A stretch of DNA of 64,000 nt from Lingula anatina (GCA_051362555.1 CM120642.1:5518001-5582000), one strand, 5' to 3'; counted from the first letter of the stretch, positions 51,383 through 63,378 are shown. Notes: generated by a model not told the origin, from the sequence alone. Translations and numbers: made by a program.

Positions 51383-52700
51383 ACTTACACTGTTCTTCTG
51401 TCTAAGTGCCTGTACCAGTTTCTGTTTCAACAGTTGATTCAGATGCATGTGAATTATCCTCATCACTGCAAGAACAAAAAATAATTTTAACTAAAAAAAA
51501 TTATAATCTATGAATTTTTTGTTATGTATACAGCTGAAATGGGCATAATGGGGACATTAAATAAAGAATGTTGTTCACAAATAAATGAAATTATTGAATG
51601 GGGGCCACAAGTCCAATTTTTTTAAACTTTATTTAAACATGGAACATTATCCATAAATTTTGTGATCACTTGTACACCAGAACCAATAAATTTCCCACTG
51701 AATGCATTTCAAAAGTTTTGAGCATGAGCAAAACATTAGGGTCAGCTATTCTAATATCCAGGAACGTACAAAGAATTGTATTTCAGACGGCATTCTTGCT
51801 CATTCCGTCTCGGGCCTATATCTGGAATGTGCAAGAATCATTTGATGTTCATTCTGAGCATTCTAGCGGCATTCTTTCAAAGCCGTAAGAATTAAGGTAA
51901 ATTTGAAATTCCCTCCCAAATGGTGCATGAAATTAAAATTCTATTCATTCCAGTTGGTTCTGCTTGATTCCTGCCGATTCCGAATAAGTGTGACAGGGGT
52001 ATTAGTTTGAACAAAGCATGTTCTGTTGTGTACATAATTCCTGATCAACTTTTTATCAAGAAATGAGTTATTGAAAATTATGCTTAATTTACATGTTCTC
52101 AGATGTTTTGATGTGTAATATAATAATATTACCTTTCAACCTCCTGCAATAGTCTTTTCCTTGCTTTCCTTGCTTTTCTGAAGGCACTGCTGTCAAAGGG
52201 AATAGGATCAGGATAATCTGATGTTGGGCCAATGGCATTTTTGAAATGCTACATGAATAAAAAAATGTATAGTTTTTATCATAAGGGTTTATGGTTTAAA
52301 TCGAAGACATAAACATCAAACATATTTCCATAACACCGGTGGTTTAACAAGGAAAAAGCCCCAGTAAATAGGGAAAATACACAATTTTACGATGCGTGGC
52401 TGTTACATTTCCTGTCCTGCAATAAAAACTTACTTAATCTGTCGCCATATTAATATTCGGCGCCATCTTCACGTTTTGAATACCGTTTACTGTAAATAAA
52501 TTGTTTTTGTAATGAACTGAATAAGTTAATACTTGCACTGCATAAATAAGAGCTTTAACTCACCTTTGAACATATGTACATGTATGTGTTTTTTTGTTAC
52601 ATTCTTAACGCTAAACTGCCTGTGTGGACGACCGCATGCACGAATCCAGGTTAGACACTTCTCCAGCTGTATATTTGGCTCCGGACAGATGATTGTTTGT
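49347..52700 (-). pseudogene. THAP-HTH-DDE (DDE_Tnp_4-type) transposase of ISL2EU-1
   Basis: Exons ~52700-52564 (EKCLTWIRACGRPH...ICSK, frameshifted, N-terminus missing), 52248-52133, 51465-51416 and 50458-49347. There is an in-frame TAA at 50256. Motifs IIDGTE, YSDYKSNTTLK, MADKGF and RVHIER are present. Confidence 0.88.
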
Positions 52701-53819
52701 CCGGTAAGATTGTGGCTGTTTACACATGCGTATCACGTGACATTAATTATACGGTTCTATTGGTTAAAACAATGCTGTCAATCACTCATCTCGGAACGGT
52801 GAATTACTGACTTTTCATGATTTACTGTAGTGAGTTCTTTGACTGTGTAACATATCACTGTCCGGAGGCTATCATTTTCTTTAATATCTTATCTTAAAGT
52901 TTATACTGACATCAAACTGTTGATATGGTTTTCTGGGGGCGTTCCTTTCTTTTGAATGGCATCTTATGTCAGATTTGATATTATTACCAAAATATCTCAC
53001 AACAGCAGACTGGATGTTATTATCACTAAGTGACATACTTTTTAATGACTCAAGCCAAAAAAAAAATTAATTAGCACTCAAAAATAGCAATGATAAAAAA
53101 TATTCCATATTAAGTAGCAACCCTGTATAGTATACAGTGTGTCACTGTCATAGTGAGAGTTGTTATGGAAAATAATACGTGAAAAAACGTCATCGGTGCT
53201 GCAGATCGACCATAACATGGTTTTAGAATGGAAAAATATGCCGTTTGCCTTTCAAGTTACATAGCTTTGGGTTTGCAGACTAAAAGGTGAGTCTTTTTTG
53301 CATTCACTAAGTTTCATATAAGCGCCGAAATGTAAAGAAATGATTTTGGAGTAACCTCCCTTCGCATAGTTCAGCACTTGTTGACGTTCAGTACCAGTGA
53401 AATGTTACATTTTGTTGCAAAGTTACAGTTGTACTTTGTGTAGGCCTGCTTGCGTACCTTTATCCGTTCTATTTCCTTTATTTGGAGTTGGATTCTAGAC
53501 CTTTTCCAAAATAGGGTGTGTGCGTGTCTATACACACCTGTTAACTAGCACATTGCGCAATCAGCATTACAGGTGTACATTACAGGTCTCTCTTGGGCAA
53601 GTTTTACATTATAAGCTTAAATATTGTGATTTTTAAACAATTTTTCTCAATTTATCTGAAATTGTTGGTAGTAAAGAAAAGTCTTCAAATTAAACAAGTT
53701 TTTAAAAAGTAGTTTGTCAAGGCACAGCCACACTTTATGACCAATGCACACTTTATGACCTATGCATTGTGCTTTTTCATTTTTAGTGAAATGTTGACAG
53801 CATCCTATCCCTGCCTAAG

Positions 53820-53888
<69 letters not shown>

Positions 53889-54183
53889 CCAATACTTCAT
53901 TATTTTTTATAACTAGCCTATTATTAGTAGGACCAAGGAACTATTAATACTATATACTATGGTAAGAAATTACTTTGATAAACAACTGGTGTGAGACTGT
54001 TTTTTTAATATATGGATTTTTTTTAATCTATGGAAATTTCAGTTTTTATCTGCTTTGTATAAATTTCTTGTTTCTACATACATGTATGATTTTATCATTA
54101 TATTATATTTATTTTTAACAGATTCCCGTATTTCATATCTGCTGACAATAAGGGAAGAGGTATTCTAGTCAAGACCAGGGAAA

Positions 54184-54264
54184 ATTTATTTCCATACGAT
54201 TTTGTGGGATGGTGCTGTTGATGCAGGTGTGACTGAACAAGAGATGGTGTTTTGTAGAGTCTAA
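54184..54264 (+). pseudogene. hAT (ZNF862-like) transposase remnant around the first catalytic Asp
   Basis: Translates YFHTILWDGAVDAGVTEQEMVFCRV*, resembling F.I..DGSTD....EQE.VY.R. Confidence 0.55.
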
Positions 54265-54334
54265 GATATTGTTTACCCTAGAAACCTTTCTCATAGCAGA
54301 CAAGTTCTGGAACATTATTTTCTCTAAGTATTAA

Positions 54335-54830
54335 CCCTCAATCACCTTTCAGGGGCCTCGCAGGCCCGGACCCATGTATCTTTTGCTCTCTCTTCGTTCG
54401 CATGAGGTTTTGAGCCTGTTCCTTTCATGTAATCCTCAAGCAACTTATACCCCATCAATGGATAAATAATTAGTTTTGAAATAATTTACAACATATGTAG
54501 AAATTAACTTTTCCAAAAGTTAGTCCCATTTCCTGGAAACCGGGCCTCTTAGGCCCGGTCGCTTGATAATTTTACTTCCACATGGGATAAATAAGTCCAT
54601 GTTACCTCAAATAGCTTTGCTATAAAATGTTTTACACAAGCAATATCATGTGTGCTATGACTATCAGTATGGTCAATGAAATCTGCCTGTGAAAAATTCA
54701 AGACCTGGAGAAATTATTATTTATGAGTAATCGGTCACCTTGGTCACCTGATATGCAGATATCAGTTTAAATCTATCATTATTACACACCTGATAGACTG
54801 CGCTATCTTTGCGAAACTTTCCATTTTGAG

Positions 54831-54883
<53 letters not shown>

Positions 54884-55900
54884 GTTTTTCTGCATTTTCC
54901 ATACACAGTGTATACTCATGCATCCAAGTGGAGGTAAAGGGAGCAAGGGACTGGTGTAACATGAAAATCTGAAAATCTGACTCCCCATGAAAATTTGACT
55001 CCCCCACCACAAATGTTCATAAATCTTATTTTATTTGAGTATATGACTGTGATATTGTAGTATGTAAAATGGAGGATACTTTGGCACTTTTTTTAAAGTT
55101 TGCAGGTGAATATTTTCATGAAAAAAAATATGAAAATTAAAAATGTGCACTTAACTGCCCATTGTCTCCCCTTTGAAAAAGCTATTTATTTGATATTGGA
55201 TGATCATTTCTACATCTTTCCTTTAAATTTACTTTATGAAGATTATATTGGAAATATTTGAAAGTTTGATGGTAAACTATTGGGTGAAAAAACTAAAAAA
55301 AAACATGAAAAATAAAAAACTAAAAATGTGCATTTTATCACCCAATAACTCCCCTATGAAAAAGCTATTTATTTGATATTTGATGATCATTCTGACATCT
55401 TTTCTATTAGGATACTTTATGAAAAATATATTGGAAATATTTAAAAGTTTGATGATAAAATAGTGAGTGAAAGAATGAAAAATAAATCATGAAAATCTTC
55501 ATTTTTATACCCATGAGATTTGGATTCTCATAAAGAAAAGGACCTATTTTATATTCGGTCACCATACCATTGTTTTCTACATAGTTTGCACAGAGATGTA
55601 CATTTTGTTATTATTTGAAAGTTTGGTGGTGAAAATTTTGGTGAATATTTTTAAAACAAGTATTCATCTTACTACCTGTAGGTTTTGCACTTCCATGTCA
55701 AAATGCTACATTTTTAACTCAAGAAATTGGCCCCATCCCCTTTTTACTGAATTCTTTCTTATATAGCATACCCAGTATTTTACCATTCAAACTTTCAAAT
55801 ATTTCCAATATATTCTTCATTAAGTATCCTTAAAGAAAAGATGTCAGAATGATCATCAAATATCAAATAGATAGCCTTTTCATAGGGGAGTCATTGGGTG
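54335..55900. mobile_element. Possible piggyBac-like non-autonomous element, one end only
   Basis: TTAA|CCCT start, subterminal GGCCTC..AGGCCCGG repeats and diverged internal ~180-bp repeats. No matching right end was found. Confidence 0.35.
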
Positions 55901-56129
55901 TTAGAATTGTATCTTAAAAGATTATTAGAGTACAGCAACATATGGGGGCCACTCGGCTTGTTGACAAGTACATATTCCAAAATAATTGCAGATGACTGCC
56001 ATATTGGTGTTAAAAAAGGATTTATTTTCTTTCTATAAGTTGTTTATTGTGAATCTCATACAAAGAGCTTTTATGCCTTTACACCATAAACCTTTATAAT
56101 AAAAACTATACAATTTTTCATTCATGTAG

Positions 56130-58378
56130 CATTTCAAAAATGCCAATGGCCCAACATCAGATTATCCTGATCCTGTTCCCTTTGACAACAGTGTCTTCAG
56201 AAAAGCAAGGAAATCAAGGAAAAGACTATTGCAGGAGGATGAAAGGTATTTTATTATACAACACAACTATGCAACAAAATATCTGAGAACATGTAAATTA
56301 GGCATAATGTTCAGTTACACATTTGAGAAATATGTGCGGAATATGTACACAAGAGAGCGTGCATTGTTCAAATTTAATATTTAATTTCATAACAGAGATG
56401 GGATGCCAGAGAAGAAACGTCTACATAAACAAGCAGAAACTGAAGGAAGAGAGATAGACACTTCTGATCATCAGGAAACAGGAAAAGGTGAAACAGAAAC
56501 AGGTGTCTTTATACTTATTACTTATTTGCTTTCAGCCTAAGATATGGCACACCATATGTTAGATAAAATAAAGGTAGTTTTGTTAACATCTCTGCATGTA
56601 ATACTGGATCAGGTGCAATTCGTTCAGTAAACATGTCACAGTTAGTAAACACAATAAAATCACAGAAAGGTGCAGATGTCACAAGCAACTACCCTTGTAC
56701 TTGATAGTAATAGTCATGAGTAGGTGAAAGATGGATATTCCCATTATTTTCAACTAAACAAAAGTGAGGTAATGCTAAGCAATCAGAAATAGATTTATCT
56801 CTACCAGCATATGGACACTTTATCTCAATAATACCAGTAATACTTTTATCACAAAGTTTTCCATCAGGTGAAGCCCCTAAAAATGAAAAGGCAGGGTTTA
56901 CTACCAGACAATATCATGTATGTGTACAGATGTATATTTTGAGGTGTATGCAGCTTTGGCTAGAGGCTCATGGGTTTTGCCATAAGTAGTAGCAGTTGAT
57001 GTAAAAAAACACTCATCAAAAATTGATGAAACAAATTTATCTGTAAAATCTTTTTTCATCTTAAGGATTTTACTGAACTGAGAAGCAGTTATTCTATTTT
57101 TTCTAGCACTAAACCATGAATCACATGCTGCTTGTCTGGTGGTATTACTTTCAAGCTTGTAGCAATCATCAAGGGTCATTGGCACTACAGCATTACACTC
57201 TTGTATTATGTTTGACGCGTATGTGGGGACATTCTGTGGGAATTTAACGTTGCCACATGGGTGAACTTCTGCTGATGGAACATCTTTATAGTTTTTCATC
57301 TGAAACAAAAAATAAGTAACATTCAAATACTAAAAGTCACCAATTTCTTTGCAGATAATAGTGGACTGGCTCTATTGGCTGCTGCAGTTAAAATCAAGGA
57401 ACAAGAAATGAAAATAGAAAATATGAAAATAGAAAATATGAATGCTAAACTAGCTCATATCATGGAGGAGCAGCAGATAAAGAAAAATAAAATGCATCAT
57501 AATGGAACACAGACTGATGCTTTTCCTTCTCAACATTTTTCAGTTGACACTGTTAAGGAGTCAAAAAATCTGATGGTTTTTTATACAGGCCTGAGCGGAG
57601 ATATGTTTGAAACTCTGCTTTCTTATTCAATACCAGACCAATCTGACAACCCATTACACTATCCACATCGCAGAAGAAATATTCGGAACTTGTCTGCTAG
57701 AAATCAACTTTTCTTGTACTTTGCCGATTACGAAATGGCTTTCATGTTAAAGATTTGGCATTTAGATTCAAAATTTCAGTTCAGTCTCTTAGTGACATAT
57801 TCAATGTTTGGATTAAGCACATGTACATGAAATTGGGCTATCTTAACTGGTGGCCTCCAAGCAATGTCATTGTAGATAATATGCCTGCAACCTATAGGCA
57901 CGATTTTCCAACATTAGTTGCCATTATTGACTGCACAGAAATAAAAACGGAGAAACCATCATCTATGAAAAGTCAGAGTCAGTGTTATTCAGAATACAAG
58001 TCAACTACAACTTTAAAATCTCTAGTATGTGTGGATCCTCGAGGCTCCATTATGTTTGTTTCTAATCTTTTCTGAGGATCCATTTCAGATAATGAAATAT
58101 GTGAGAAAAGTGGATTTTTTGACCATTTAAAAACATTTATTGAGCATGGTAGTTTGTCACAAGGTGATGCTATTATGGCAGACAAGGGATTTCGTATAGA
58201 AAAGGAATTGTCCAAACTTGGCTTGGAACTAAATATTCCTCCTTTTTCAACACAATCAGCTCAAATGTCACCAGGAGATGTTGCTTTGACAAGAAAAATT
58301 GCTGCACACAGAATTCATGTTGAATGGGCAATAAACAGAATTAAGAATTTCAAATTAGTTGCAAGAAAAATTAACGTA
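56130..58378 (+). pseudogene. DDE transposase of ISL2EU-2 (frameshift, stop, truncated)
   Basis: Exons 56130-56245, 56396-56502 and 57355-~58378. Motifs IIDCTEI, YSEYKSTTTLK, MADKGF and RIHVE are present. There is a frameshift near 57720 and TGA at 58073. Confidence 0.85.
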
Positions 58379-59270
58379 CTGGGGTATATAATAATTTTTT
58401 TAATATTCAAAGCAGTACATACTTTTCTTGTAATATGGCAGTATATACAGGCTTTCTTTTCCTGTCAGTGGCAGATTTGGCCTTGGACATGACCATTTCC
58501 ATCACTGGTGCAGGGGAGATCTTTTTTCCTCTAGGTTTGTGCCACTGTTGAGGTAAACTGGTGGCTGACAGCTCAGCAGGCACTTCCTTCAAACCATACT
58601 GCTGGTAGTGTGCCAGAGTGTGCACTAGACCGTATATGTGAGAGCAATCCCCACTCATTCTGAAAGCAATAACAATAGTTTCTCCTATTTAGAAGAAATG
58701 TTTTCAGTTAATCAAAATTTTCACCAAACAGTTTAGTGATCCTACGTTCAGAAAAAAAGTGTATCAGACCATATGGGCCTTTAACTATTTATTGGTTTGA
58801 TATATCGATACAGACTGTGACCAAACTAAAATGCATGAGATATTTATGAAGGACCCTCCATTATCCATAGTCTAGACGATAGCTAATCATGCACATAAAC
58901 CAGATGGCACTAGAAGTATCTTAAATTGTGACTCAAAGACACGTTCTTCTGGAGAAATCTAGATGTAAAGTCCAAAATAATAAGGTACCTACCCAGCAAC
59001 ATAGCTGCACTGACTGTTAACGATCTTATTGTCAGTGCACGATAAAGTCAATGGAAGGCCATGCGGCGGGTCGCTCTTCCCCATTGACCGGTAGCACTTT
59101 GCACGCACGTCCACCTCTCCCTTCTCCTTCTGCTCACAGAAACACACCGCGTGGATATACCCCTCCACAAAATATGAGTATCCCTTTTGTTTACTACGCT
59201 TAGATAAAGTATTAGTGAAGCAACACAACGAAATTTCTCCCGGCAGAACCTCTAAACGAGTAGTCGCCAT
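56518..59270 (-). pseudogene. SWIM-YqaJ gene of ISL2EU-2 (exon 3 deleted, frameshift)
   Basis: Exons 59270-~58992, ~58659-58423 and 57299-56518. Motifs GYSYFVEGYIH, GDCSHI, TSLPQQWHKPRG, WFSARKNRITASQF, LGASPDG, IEIKCP and YYYQVQG are present. Confidence 0.82.
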
Positions 59271-59353
59271 GTTTACACAAGTATGTGCTTTTTGTCCTAC
59301 TTTCGGTCGTCGCTAGGCAAAAATTGAAGTGGGCGGAGCTAAGGGATCGGTGT

Positions 59354-62143
59354 ATTGTATGTCAGTTTTGGCTAAAGTAATATTCATAACTTGCTGGGGC
59401 AGGTGCTTCTCCTGCCCTCAGAATAGACAGATCAAGTTGGCCAACGAGTTTATTGGAGCCTTGTTAACTGCTTTAATTTAAAAGGCAAAAAGTTTCAAAA
59501 AAACTTTTAAAAAGTTCAGTGCATATTCATGAGGCTGAATGAACACTTCCCAGGACAAGTGCTTTAAGGACATGAATTTTAAATGTTTACTTAGTGTTGT
59601 TTATCACACAGATTTCAATATTTTGCACTTTTAAAAACAAAAATGTAAATTTTAAATAGATTAGGGGTATTTTTTCAAATTATAATTAAATTGGAAGGGT
59701 CTTATTTTAAATAATTTAATATGTAAGAGACAAAAATAGTACTAGTACATAGAAATAAATCTTGAGCAGTAAAATAACAGAACAAGACAGAAGTGCATAT
59801 AATATAATGATTAAACCGGAGTTGAAGGATTTTTTATCAAAACCCTCTCAGGCTTTAAAAAGTACAACCTGGTCATAGGCCAGTACTTCATTGTAAATAT
59901 TTATTCAATTAAAAAAAATCTTGTTTTATTTATAACTAGATCTAGCAATAGGCCTATATGTCTTTCTATATTGGTCAAAATTCACACTGGATTTCTTGTG
60001 GATTGGATCGTAGGCTAACTATACCATTTTCGTTGTTTTAAGAATGAAGTATAGCCTATAACTCTTGGAATATTTCTGATGTTAGAAGTACAGCACTTAT
60101 TCGTATTTTAGTTTTATTTTGACTTGTTTGCTCTGATATTCAGAATATTTAAGAAAACTTGTAGTTTTGCTAAGTCGGGTCAGTTCTTCAGGTTGGTCAC
60201 GGGACGCTATAAATTAGGCCTATGATGAAAATGGGGTTCCATTTTTGTCGTCGTTTTGGAGATGCACTAATTTCCCCACACAAAATGGGTAAAAATTGTA
60301 GGAGACATACCTTATGATATATTATTTGAAAGTTTATGATCTCGTCTTTCTGCAGAATGTGATTGTTTGAAAATATTTTGCGTTTCCTGCGATACATAAT
60401 GAGAGTAACCTACTGCAGTTGAAAAAATCGGTTTTGCCAACTTTAACACCGACTTCACGGGATTATTAACACTTTGCCAACCAGATGGGAGTCGAACGCA
60501 ACATATATTTCATATCAACACGAAGCCCACTTGTTTAGCTTTTAGAATTTATATAAAACGCTGGTGATATAAACATTATAGCAATTTTGTTATAATTTAA
60601 ACGCCCCAATGTTATACGCTTCAAAAATGCGAGTGTTGGCGTCGCGTTCACCTCGCGCTTAAAAAATGTATCTATCGTTTAATCACACCAACTGTTGACA
60701 AAAATACACATGAAAATACGAAGAGCTCAAAAGTCGTCCATTTTCACTCGATTTTGCTGAACGTAGAGCGAAAATGGCCGTCGCTTCAGCCAGTGTGCAC
60801 GCGCAGCTCGAAATCTGCGGACAGACTGTTCTGTTTAGGCGCATGCAAGTGTTCTATTCTGTAACGTTCTCTCGAGCGCGACGTTATCATTTTGCCGGAA
60901 GAGTGATGTCGTTGCCGATCCAGTGACGTCACCATAGCGTTTCAAACAACCAACTACAAAGACAGAAAAAAATCTGCAAAAATGCACTGGTGCGCCTTAT
61001 TTATCTGTTTGGCAGTTGCATTAACTGCATCAGATGCATACATTTACAAAAGAGCTGAGTGGAGCCCATGGAGCTCTTGTGCGAGGAAATGCTCTGAAAT
61101 GTGGGCACGTAGATGGAGAGTTGCAACTTGCCAGCGGTGCAACAGCGACGGTTCCGGTTGCGTTAACGCCCCACCATTTTCAGGCTACAGAGGGAATTGC
61201 TGGCGCAGTGTTATGAAACACTCGGATTTGTGTCCTTTCGATCCGGAGGACTGCACAGGTAGTGGCCCTTACACAGGCGCTTGGGGGAATTTTAAGAAGA
61301 GGGGCCATTGCCGAGCGCCAAATTTCTCTCTCGCTCCCTGTGGAGAGAAGGGAAAACAGCTTTGCGTGGCGACAAAGTGCAAGAGAACCAGCAGATCCGA
61401 TCCTGGCCCCGTCAAATGCTCTTGGCGCGGTAGGTACAAGAAATGTCCTTGCCTAGGACCATGCGGAAAGGATATCCCCACCGTCTATGACAGATATGGA
61501 TAAATGTAAGGTAAATACCGTCACGTGCATCAGTCGTTCGTATTGAAATTTAAACTGCCGCTTCCCCTTGAAGTTCTTAACAAGATTAAAAACGAAATTC
61601 GAAAAGGATTTGGAATGAAGTTTAAAAAAGTTCGTATAATCTGATTTGTATTTAACCAAAAATCTTTTCATCTGGACGCGTCAGAAAAAAAGTAATAAAT
61701 CAAACGTGTTTTTTAATAAGCTAAAACATTTTAACGTTGACCCGGAATAGATCCTGCAAGATATTCGTAATAGAGTTAAGAAGTTTAGATATTCATGAAT
61801 TCATGAATTTTGTCTTACTTTGTAAAAAAATCGTCTTTCAGGTGAAAATTCTAACGGGAGTCCATAGGGAGTGAAGAAGCATTTTCAAACAGCAAAAACC
61901 TGAATGGACAAGTTCCTATCGGCTTGAAGCACAACACGAAAAAGTCAATCTGCATTGCAAGCATGGATCGCATTCACCTTTTATAATTATTAACGTTACG
62001 TGAACTGTTTTTTTAATATATATATTTTGGTTCTGTCTGTGTATAAATATAAATAATATATGCATAAAAAGGAATTGTAACAAAAATTCAAGCAAATAAT
62101 AATTAATTTAGAAAGCTTGCAGGATGGGCATGCTATTATTCTG
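59354..62143 (+). repeat. Segmental duplication copy 2 (partner 2205-6863)
   Basis: Colinear and near-identical to copy 1. Similarity resumes at 62845-63257 versus 26745-27149. Confidence 0.95.
60982..61503 (+). CDS. Secreted cationic cysteine-rich protein with TSP1-like motifs, paralogue 2 (173 aa, single coding exon)
   Basis: Signal peptide identical to copy 1, a WSPWSSCARKC TSP1-like motif, the same 16 Cys, a 12-aa C-terminal extension and AATAAA at 61694-61699. Confidence 0.9.
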   Translation: MHWCALFICLAVALTASDAYIYKRAEWSPWSSCARKCSEMWARRWRVATCQRCNSDGSGCVNAPPFSGYRGNCWRSVMKHSDLCPFDPEDCTGSGPYTGAWGNFKKRGHCRAPNFSLAPCGEKGKQLCVATKCKRTSRSDPGPVKCSWRGRYKKCPCLGPCGKDIPTVYDRYG

Positions 62144-62482
62144 ACCTACGAACAGAACAGTGACTTTGCTCCACTGATTTTTTTTTTCAATTACAAACTT
62201 CAGAAGATACACGTCAATATGTATAGGCCTAACGTGACGGTGCGATATATAACTTACGTGAAATGCTTTTACAGTCTACCGTGGCAAGGAAGACATTAGG
62301 CCAGATAATACATGTACAATTACCTCAGTGTTTCTTCAAAAGGTCAATTTACTGTAAAAGGGGAGGATCATCATGGAGGGGGTACCGCTTCTTTTGTCTA
62401 ACATATGATTGTTTACAATCACACCAAAGTTTATCTCACCGCTTAACTAGAATATTTTATGAGTAATTAAACTAGTACATCT

Positions 62483-63257
62483 GGGCCGTATTCTCAAAAC
62501 ATTGTAACTTACAACAATTTGCAACTATTTACGTGAACACGGTAATCTCGAAACTCTTGTAAGTCGTGGACTTACAAGAGTAAGGGGGGGGGGGGGGGCA
62601 GCTGCCCCCTGCCCCCCCCCCCCTGGGATTTGAGGTGCAAATATGGCAAAATGGCAATATGAACCCACAATTTTTGACTTCTGATTGAGCAATAAATAAC
62701 AGTTAAAATGCACCAGAATGCAGTATTTTACATACAGTTTTTAAAAAATTTCCACACCCACACCCCTTCCACTCGGGTGCTTCGCCCCCTCGTGTCCGCT
62801 TACTGCCCCCCCCCCCCCCCTGGCATTTTGCTCAGGCTAATGCCAATTCTTGTAACTTTTCACGCAACTTTCCGGGAGTGACGTTTGGTCCATGATTAAC
62901 CCACAACGACGTATTCCACTCCCGTCCGTTGCGTCGATAAAACGCTTATTTAGACATAAAAGTCTCTAGAAATATATTGAAAATTGTTCAGAAAGACGTT
63001 TCCCTACATTTTCTTTCAGGTTTTCATCGGAAAATTCACTCATTTTAAATGAGTTTCCTCCGACACGTAAGCTCAAGAATCGGATTTGGCTCCTCTTGTG
63101 GGATTCCCTCAGCTGGGATTCCCCAAGTTTGCCGCTAGCGAAAAGCGCTTTAATTCATCAAATTTGCAATGACAACGTTCAAAGATACTTCCTAAAGAAA
63201 AAATCATATTGAACACAATAATTGAACACATTACTTTACAATTACGAAACACATAAT
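62483..63257. mobile_element. Left part of a Harbinger-like element related to A/B, with a G/C-run-bounded insertion at ~62580-62845
   Basis: Starts GGGCCGTATTCTCAAAAC. The segment 62845-63257 matches 26745-27149. Confidence 0.65.
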
Positions 63258-63378
63258 CAGCCCGGGAGCCACCGGCTGATTTGACGGTTATTTAGGAGCC
63301 TCGTTTTCAAAACATGGAGCGGACGCACTAGCAGAAAGTGGCGGGAAACAGATGCATAGAGGTAGGTAAGTAGGCCAG

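Larger units (their letters stand above)
45168..52802. mobile_element. ISL2EU-type (Harbinger-related) transposon 1, both ends present, degenerate
   Basis: 18-bp TIR TCACCGTTCCGAGATGAG. The right flank is AT and the left flank AC. It encodes a THAP-HTH-DDE transposase and a SWIM-YqaJ protein on opposite strands. Confidence 0.88.
56070..59353. mobile_element. ISL2EU-type transposon 2, truncated, opposite orientation to element 1
   Basis: Terminus GGGCGGAGCTAAGGGATCGGTGT|AT resembles the element-1 end. It has the same two-gene layout, and the left end is missing. Confidence 0.82.

Noticed and set aside
61791-61810. 8-bp duplication TCATGAAT in copy 2 as a hAT excision footprint
   Set aside because: It is a single event in a palindromic context and is equally explained by slippage.
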